Source of the DNA: an uncultured SAR86 cluster bacterium | GTDB taxonomy: Bacteria; Pseudomonadota; Gammaproteobacteria; Magnimaribacterales; D2472 | Assembly: GCA_902563835.1 (NCBI GenBank) | Contig: CACEZB010000006.1 | Span: 1,976-65,975, forward strand | Direction of reading: 5' to 3' | DNA: 64,000 bases | Position numbers and translations under genes: made by a program | In this document: piece by piece, positions 61,907 through 64,000 of the stretch | Layout: each line of letters opens with the position of its first letter | How positions within the stretch are numbered: the first letter of the stretch is position 1 | The notes under the pieces: generated by a model | Told to the model about the DNA's origin: nothing | Databases searched by the model: none | Seen by the model: only the letters and a program-made list of their open reading frames with translations

Positions 61907-63016
61907 TTAAAGTATTTTATTTTCATTATTTATTCTAAGAACAATACCTACTAAAGATAACATTATAATAATACTAGTACCTCCATAGCTTATAAAAGGA
62001 AGGGTTAGACCTTTAGTGGGAAGTAATCCTATATTTACTCCAATATTAAGCAGAGTTTGTATTGAAATCAAAAGAAAAATGCCGAAAACAGTATATCCTT
62101 GGAATAATCTTCCTTTTTTAAAAGATTCAAATGCTACTGACATTAACCCAATAAGCATAATTACAAATAATATTATTAAGAATATGCCTCCTATAATACC
62201 GAGCTCTTCAACGAGAATAGCAAAAATAAAATCTGTATGAGCTTCGGGTAAGAAAAAGCTTTTTTGAAAGCTATTTCCAAGTCCTACTCCTAACCACCCC
62301 CCCTGACCAATACTAATTAAAGAATTTGATAACTGCCATCCTGCCTTTTGTACAACATCTACTGCAAAAGGATCTGTAAATGCCAGCACTCTAGCCAATC
62401 TCATTGGCGAAGTAGTTATGGCCAAGTACCCTAATAAAGCAATTAATAAAATTAATAAAGTTAATTGAGAGAATGATATACCAGCATAAAAAAGTATTCC
62501 TACAACCAACATACAAACTATAGCAGTTGATCCAAGGTCTGGTTGCCCCATGATTAAGATAGAAATGATAAACAATAGAATTAATGGTTTTAGAAAACTT
62601 CTAAGAGAATTAATTTCTGACATTCTCCTTACTGAATACCCAGAGATATAAAGAATTAAACTAAATTTACATATTTCTGTTGGTTGAACATTAATTGGAC
62701 CAATCCTAATCCATCTAATACTTCCATTAACGCTTGTTCCAATATCTGGTATAAAAAGAATAATTAATAAAAGGATGCTTAGTAACATAAAAATCCAATC
62801 AGTCTTATATAAAAAATCTGATGGTAAAACTAAAAAAATTAGCATTGCAATTAAACCCATGGACACAAATAATGTTTGTCTTTGAGCAAAATGAAATGGG
62901 TTAGATGTCATGCCATCAGCTATGTAAATACTTGAAGATGTAACCATTACTAGGCCAAGAATTAATAAAACTGACAATGGCAAGATAATTAAAATGTCAT
63001 TCTTGCCGATCTTCAT
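61907..63016 (-). CDS. ftsW: SEDS-family peptidoglycan glycosyltransferase FtsW
   Basis: 369 aa with about 10 TM segments. SEDS motifs (QPTEICKF, LPEAHTDFIFA, GLLPTKGLTLPFISYGGTS). Confidence 0.93.
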   Translation of the reverse strand: MKIGKNDILIILPLSVLLILGLVMVTSSSIYIADGMTSNPFHFAQRQTLFVSMGLIAMLIFLVLPSDFLYKTDWIFMLLSILLLIILFIPDIGTSVNGSIRWIRIGPINVQPTEICKFSLILYISGYSVRRMSEINSLRSFLKPLILLFIISILIMGQPDLGSTAIVCMLVVGILFYAGISFSQLTLLILLIALLGYLAITTSPMRLARVLAFTDPFAVDVVQKAGWQLSNSLISIGQGGWLGVGLGNSFQKSFFLPEAHTDFIFAILVEELGIIGGIFLIILFVIMLIGLMSVAFESFKKGRLFQGYTVFGIFLLISIQTLLNIGVNIGLLPTKGLTLPFISYGGTSIIIMLSLVGIVLRINNENKIL

Positions 63017-64000
63017 CTAAATTAAATGTTTTTTTACCAGAGAGTTAAAATGCTCTCCTCTTTGAATATAATCTTTAAAATCATTTCCGCTGGGGTAGCC
63101 TGGTGAAAAGAGAATATTTTTATAACTTTTATTTCCTTTGATATTATTAAATACGTCTTCTAGAGATATATGAATAGTCTTTCTAGGATGATTTATGCAA
63201 TGATCTAATTCTTGAGCATGCTTTCCAAAAATCAAAACCTCTTTCGGGCCTTCTATCGAGACCTTTCTATACTCTTCTTTTTCAGGGTTTCCGCAAACTA
63301 TTAAGATGTAATCTTGATTTTTAAATAGATCATCTACTTTATTTAAAGCATATGACAATGAATGAAAGTTAGTAGATTTTGAATCATTAATTATATTGTT
63401 TGAAATAAGTTCAAATCTATATGGAAGATTGTCTAATTTCATTTTTTTTGCTTTGGTTTTTGTAATCCATTCAAATAATTCATATGGATCCATCTCATTT
63501 GAGATATTTTCTTTAGCAAGCAATATCTTTTCTTTAGCTTTTTTATATGCCTCTAGATTTCCATGATAGTCCAAATGGTCAACATCAATATTCAATAAAA
63601 TGCCAAAATCTAAATCATTTATTCTCATCTTGTCTAATTGATAGCTAGATAACTCAATTATTGAAAATCTTTTTTTATTATTGATATGGTCAAGCACGGG
63701 ATTGCCAATATTTCCAATTAGATTAGCAGAATCATAATTCTGAAAAAGTTGGTATAAATGATAGGCTGTGGTGCTTTTTCTATTTGTTCCTGTTATTCCT
63801 ATTTTTATTGATCGATCTTCTTTAAAAAAAAGATCTATATCTGTCAAAGTGTTCTTGTTTGATTTGATAATTTCTTCAAAATCATTTCTAGGTATACCAG
63901 GACTGCATAAAATCTGATCAAAATCTTTCAAATTATAATCTTTATTATATTCAATAATATTTTTATCAAATATTTTAAATTCTAAATTTTTCTTTTGAAG
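63017..64000 (-). CDS. murD: UDP-N-acetylmuramoylalanine--D-glutamate ligase, C-terminal ~327 codons (5' end beyond window)
   Basis: GITGTNRKSTT P-loop and ...SPGIP... motifs. The track ORF starts at an internal TTG (63931). Hand translation shows the frame stays open to position 64000 (LQKKNLEFKIFDKNIIEYNKDYNLKDFDQIL...). Confidence 0.9.
   Translation of the reverse strand, partial: LQKKNLEFKIFDKNIIEYNKDYNLKDFDQILCSPGIPRNDFEEIIKSNKNTLTDIDLFFKEDRSIKIGITGTNRKSTTAYHLYQLFQNYDSANLIGNIGNPVLDHINNKKRFSIIELSSYQLDKMRINDLDFGILLNIDVDHLDYHGNLEAYKKAKEKILLAKENISNEMDPYELFEWITKTKAKKMKLDNLPYRFELISNNIINDSKSTNFHSLSYALNKVDDLFKNQDYILIVCGNPEKEEYRKVSIEGPKEVLIFGKHAQELDHCINHPRKTIHISLEDVFNNIKGNKSYKNILFSPGYPSGNDFKDYIQRGEHFNSLVKKHLI

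Overview
This is a very AT-rich (roughly 30% GC by eye, not computed), almost gap-free chromosomal segment. It carries about 70 housekeeping genes, and all but five (MATE pump, bcp, bepA, proS, fdxA) are on the minus strand. Gene content and order are gammaproteobacterial and match Pseudomonas-type syntenic blocks closely:
- ribF-murJ
- sdhCDAB-sucAB-lpdA-sucCD
- der-bamB-yfgM-hisS-ispG-rodZ-rlmN-ndk-iscX-fdx-iscAUSR
- purC-bamC-dapA, bcp, perM, bepA
- tRNA-Lys-cpoB-pal-tolBARQ-ybgC ... yebC-aspS
- recA, fdxA, pcm-surE-ispDF-ftsB-eno-kdsA-pyrG
- alr-dnaB-rplI-rpsR-rpsF
- ftsA-ftsQ-ddl-murC-murG-ftsW-murD

A CTGT-N8-ACAG LexA box at recA also fits a gammaproteobacterial origin. The overall look is a streamlined, free-living marine-type genome: 1-14 nt gene overlaps, convergent genes sharing their stop regions, and several TTG/GTG starts. 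I cannot name the organism from sequence alone.

I found no mobile element, CRISPR array, prophage, toxin-antitoxin or recognisable defence island, and no convincing novel multi-gene system. What stands out is what the conserved blocks lack or have replaced:
1. A 141-aa Hjc-like PD-(D/E)xK nuclease ORF sits exactly where ruvC-ruvA-ruvB are expected.
2. The isc operon has no hscB-hscA.
3. The dcw cluster ends at ftsA, with no ftsZ or lpxC.
4. The pcm-to-recA block lacks nlpD, rpoS, mutS and recX, and carries a DUF368 membrane protein instead.
5. An acetyltransferase appears able to start only at ATT, behind a perfect AAGGAG.
6. An IscR type-1 operator is fused to a near-consensus promoter that would make iscR leaderless.
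7. ProRS is short and lacks the INS editing domain, IspD and IspF are fused, and RodZ and TolA are minimal.
8. A TLC/NTT-like transporter lies 19 nt downstream of tRNA-Lys.

Every 'missing gene' statement applies only to this locus and needs the rest of the genome to confirm it.
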